DNA of 62,019 nucleotides, counting the filler, from Chiloscyllium plagiosum (lineage: Eukaryota), in NCBI RefSeq assembly GCF_004010195.1. It is 4 parts of one record of this genome, joined end to end, with 100 filler letters (N's around TTAATTAATTAA, not from the genome) between each part and the next. Parts side by side here need not be neighbours in the genome. Positions count along the whole stretch, not along the records: positions 47,080 to 62,019 come from NC_057717.1; 3 more parts are not named here. One strand, written 5' to 3'. The notes beneath the pieces are model-generated. The model was given only the letters and a program-made list of their open reading frames with translations, was not told the origin of the DNA and searched no databases. This document shows positions 60,346 through 62,019 of the stretch, in pieces. Positions within the stretch are counted from its first letter, which is position 1; each line of letters begins with the position of its first letter. The position numbers were made by a program, and so were the translations under genes.

Positions 60346-60979
60346 ATTGTAACTTATCCTGTATTGCTGGACATTTCTTCAAATCACCTCAGCGTCAAGG
60401 TGACTCTGTCCGAATGTATTGTTCAATTCCATCACTACTAACGGTAAAGATAATGGCCCTCAGCTTCCACAGAATCAGTTTAGGGAGAGCTTACAAATAG
60501 CAAGGAGAAACAATCCATGGTGTGTTATTCATCTAAAGCAAAATTATAGCACAAAATTTGTGCGTCATATGTTCTGGAAATTTTATGTAATTAGATTTCG
60601 TGTGTGTTCCAGTTATATTGGATGGTCTAAAGTTGCATCTAAACTACGTTAACGAAGTTACTGCTAATGCTGTGAAAAGTAAATGTCATAAATTCCATTA
60701 GGTGGGTTGAAGAGGATGCTGTAAACGCAACTAAAGACCAATTTATTTCTGATTGGATGTTGTGTGCTCAGCAGGCTAATTAATAACGTTACTCTGAAGC
60801 AGCTTTTGAGAAATAATGACAATAATATGTTCCATCTTAAACGGTGTCTGCATACAACAAAGAATTTTTGAAAATTATGGTCAAACGTCATGGGAGCTGG
60901 ACGCTAAAGGACAAAGTTAGCTCCAGTGAATTGGGAAAGTACAATATATCATTTAGTGACAGACAACCAATGGTTATTA

Positions 60980-62019
60980 TAGTCATAGAATCCTAATGCA
61001 CGGAGCCAGGCCCTTCAGCTTATAGTGGTCCATGCCGACCATAATGTCCACCGACGCTCATCCCCTTTTCCCTGCCAAAACTCTACATCCTTCTAATCCT
61101 TTTCTATCCATGTATTTGTCCAAATGCCCTTTAAATGTTGTGAATGTACCCGCCTCAACCTCTGGCAGCTCATTCCATATGCATAACGCCCTCTCTGTTA
61201 AAACGTTGCTCCTCAGGTTCCCTTTTTTCTTTCCCTTCTAACCTTAAACTGATGCCCTCTGGTCGGTGGTTCCACAAACCTGGGAAAAATAGACTGAGTG
61301 CATTCACTCTATCCTTGCTTGTCATGATATTATATACTTGTATAAGATACCACACCCCCCACCTCAGTCTCCTACAACCCAAGTTAAAAAGTCCTAGCTT
61401 GTCCAAAATCTCCCTATAACTCAGCCCGTTGAGTCCTTGGCAAAGTTTTTGTCAATATCTTTTGCACCCTTTACAGTTTACAAGCATCATTCCTGCATCG
61501 AAGTGAACAAAACTTAATGTAACGCTGCAGGTGAGGCCTCACCAACGTACGAGGCAAAAGTGACGATTGCCCATGCTGTAGATTAGAGTCACAAGTGTGC
61601 GCTAGAAAAACGCAGCAAGTCAGGCAGTATCTGAGAAGCAGGAAAATAGACATTTCGGGCAAAAATCCTACAGCTGCAACATAACTGACCAACTTCAATA
61701 TTTAATTCCTTGACTGATGAACGTCAGTGGGCCAAACGCCTTCTTCACTGCGCTGTCTACTTGTGACTCCACTTTAAGAGAACCATGCACCTGAACTCTA
61801 AATTCCCTCTTTTTCAGTACACTGCATAAGGCCAAACCGTTCACCATGAAACTCCGAACCTGATTTGACTTTCGAAAATGCATATTAAACCCCATTTCCC
61901 GCATCTCGCCCAATTTCACCAGCTGATCGAGGTACCGCTGCAATTTCTGATAACCATCCTCACTGTCCACAATACCGCCTATTTTAGTGTCATCTTCAAA
62001 TTTACAGATCTTGCCTTGT
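60980..62019 (-). mobile_element. CR1 LINE 3' part (with a small Penelope terminal fragment at ~61555-61670), truncated by the window end
   Basis: DKLGLFNLGCRRLR; YQKLQRYLDQL..VQVHGSLKVESQVDSAVKKAFG. Confidence 0.9.

Noticed and set aside
60420..60500. DNGPQL motif resembling an integrase core
   Set aside because: Too short and unsupported by flanking motifs to call

Overview
This is repeat-rich eukaryotic DNA from a cartilaginous fish. HE1-type V-SINEs and the CR1, Penelope and Gmr1-like repeat mix point to a shark, possibly an orectolobiform (inference). The assembly is gapped and contains three artificial N44-TTAATTAATTAA-N44 linkers. I see no intact multi-exon gene. The only host-gene signal is four paralogous, damaged first coding exons of a class A GPCR family. 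They resemble the 'GPR139-like' receptors expanded in sharks (family recognised from memory, not by search) and lie at 16308-16611 (-), 28986-29136 (-), 42630-42762 (-) and 56729-56956 (+). Each ends in a YYPxL(A/S)IxxVP-type motif followed by a phase-1 donor position, and each carries 1-6 copies of a 42-bp ATG-bearing repeat. No 7TM-encoding second exon is visible between them. The cluster is built by segmental duplication: a young ~8-kb inverted duplication (1-8773 / 18638-26307), an older inverted duplication (~32.6-43.1 kb / ~56.4-60.35 kb), and 773-bp and 2356-bp-period tandem duplications. The remainder is decayed mobile DNA: CR1/L2-group LINEs, Tx1-like LINE remnants, Penelope GIY-YIG elements with hammerhead-ribozyme remnants, Gmr1-like Gypsy elements (SCAN-like gag, PR-IN-RT-RH order), Harbinger Myb/SANT remnants and HE1 SINEs. 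TE boundaries are approximate and were read by eye.
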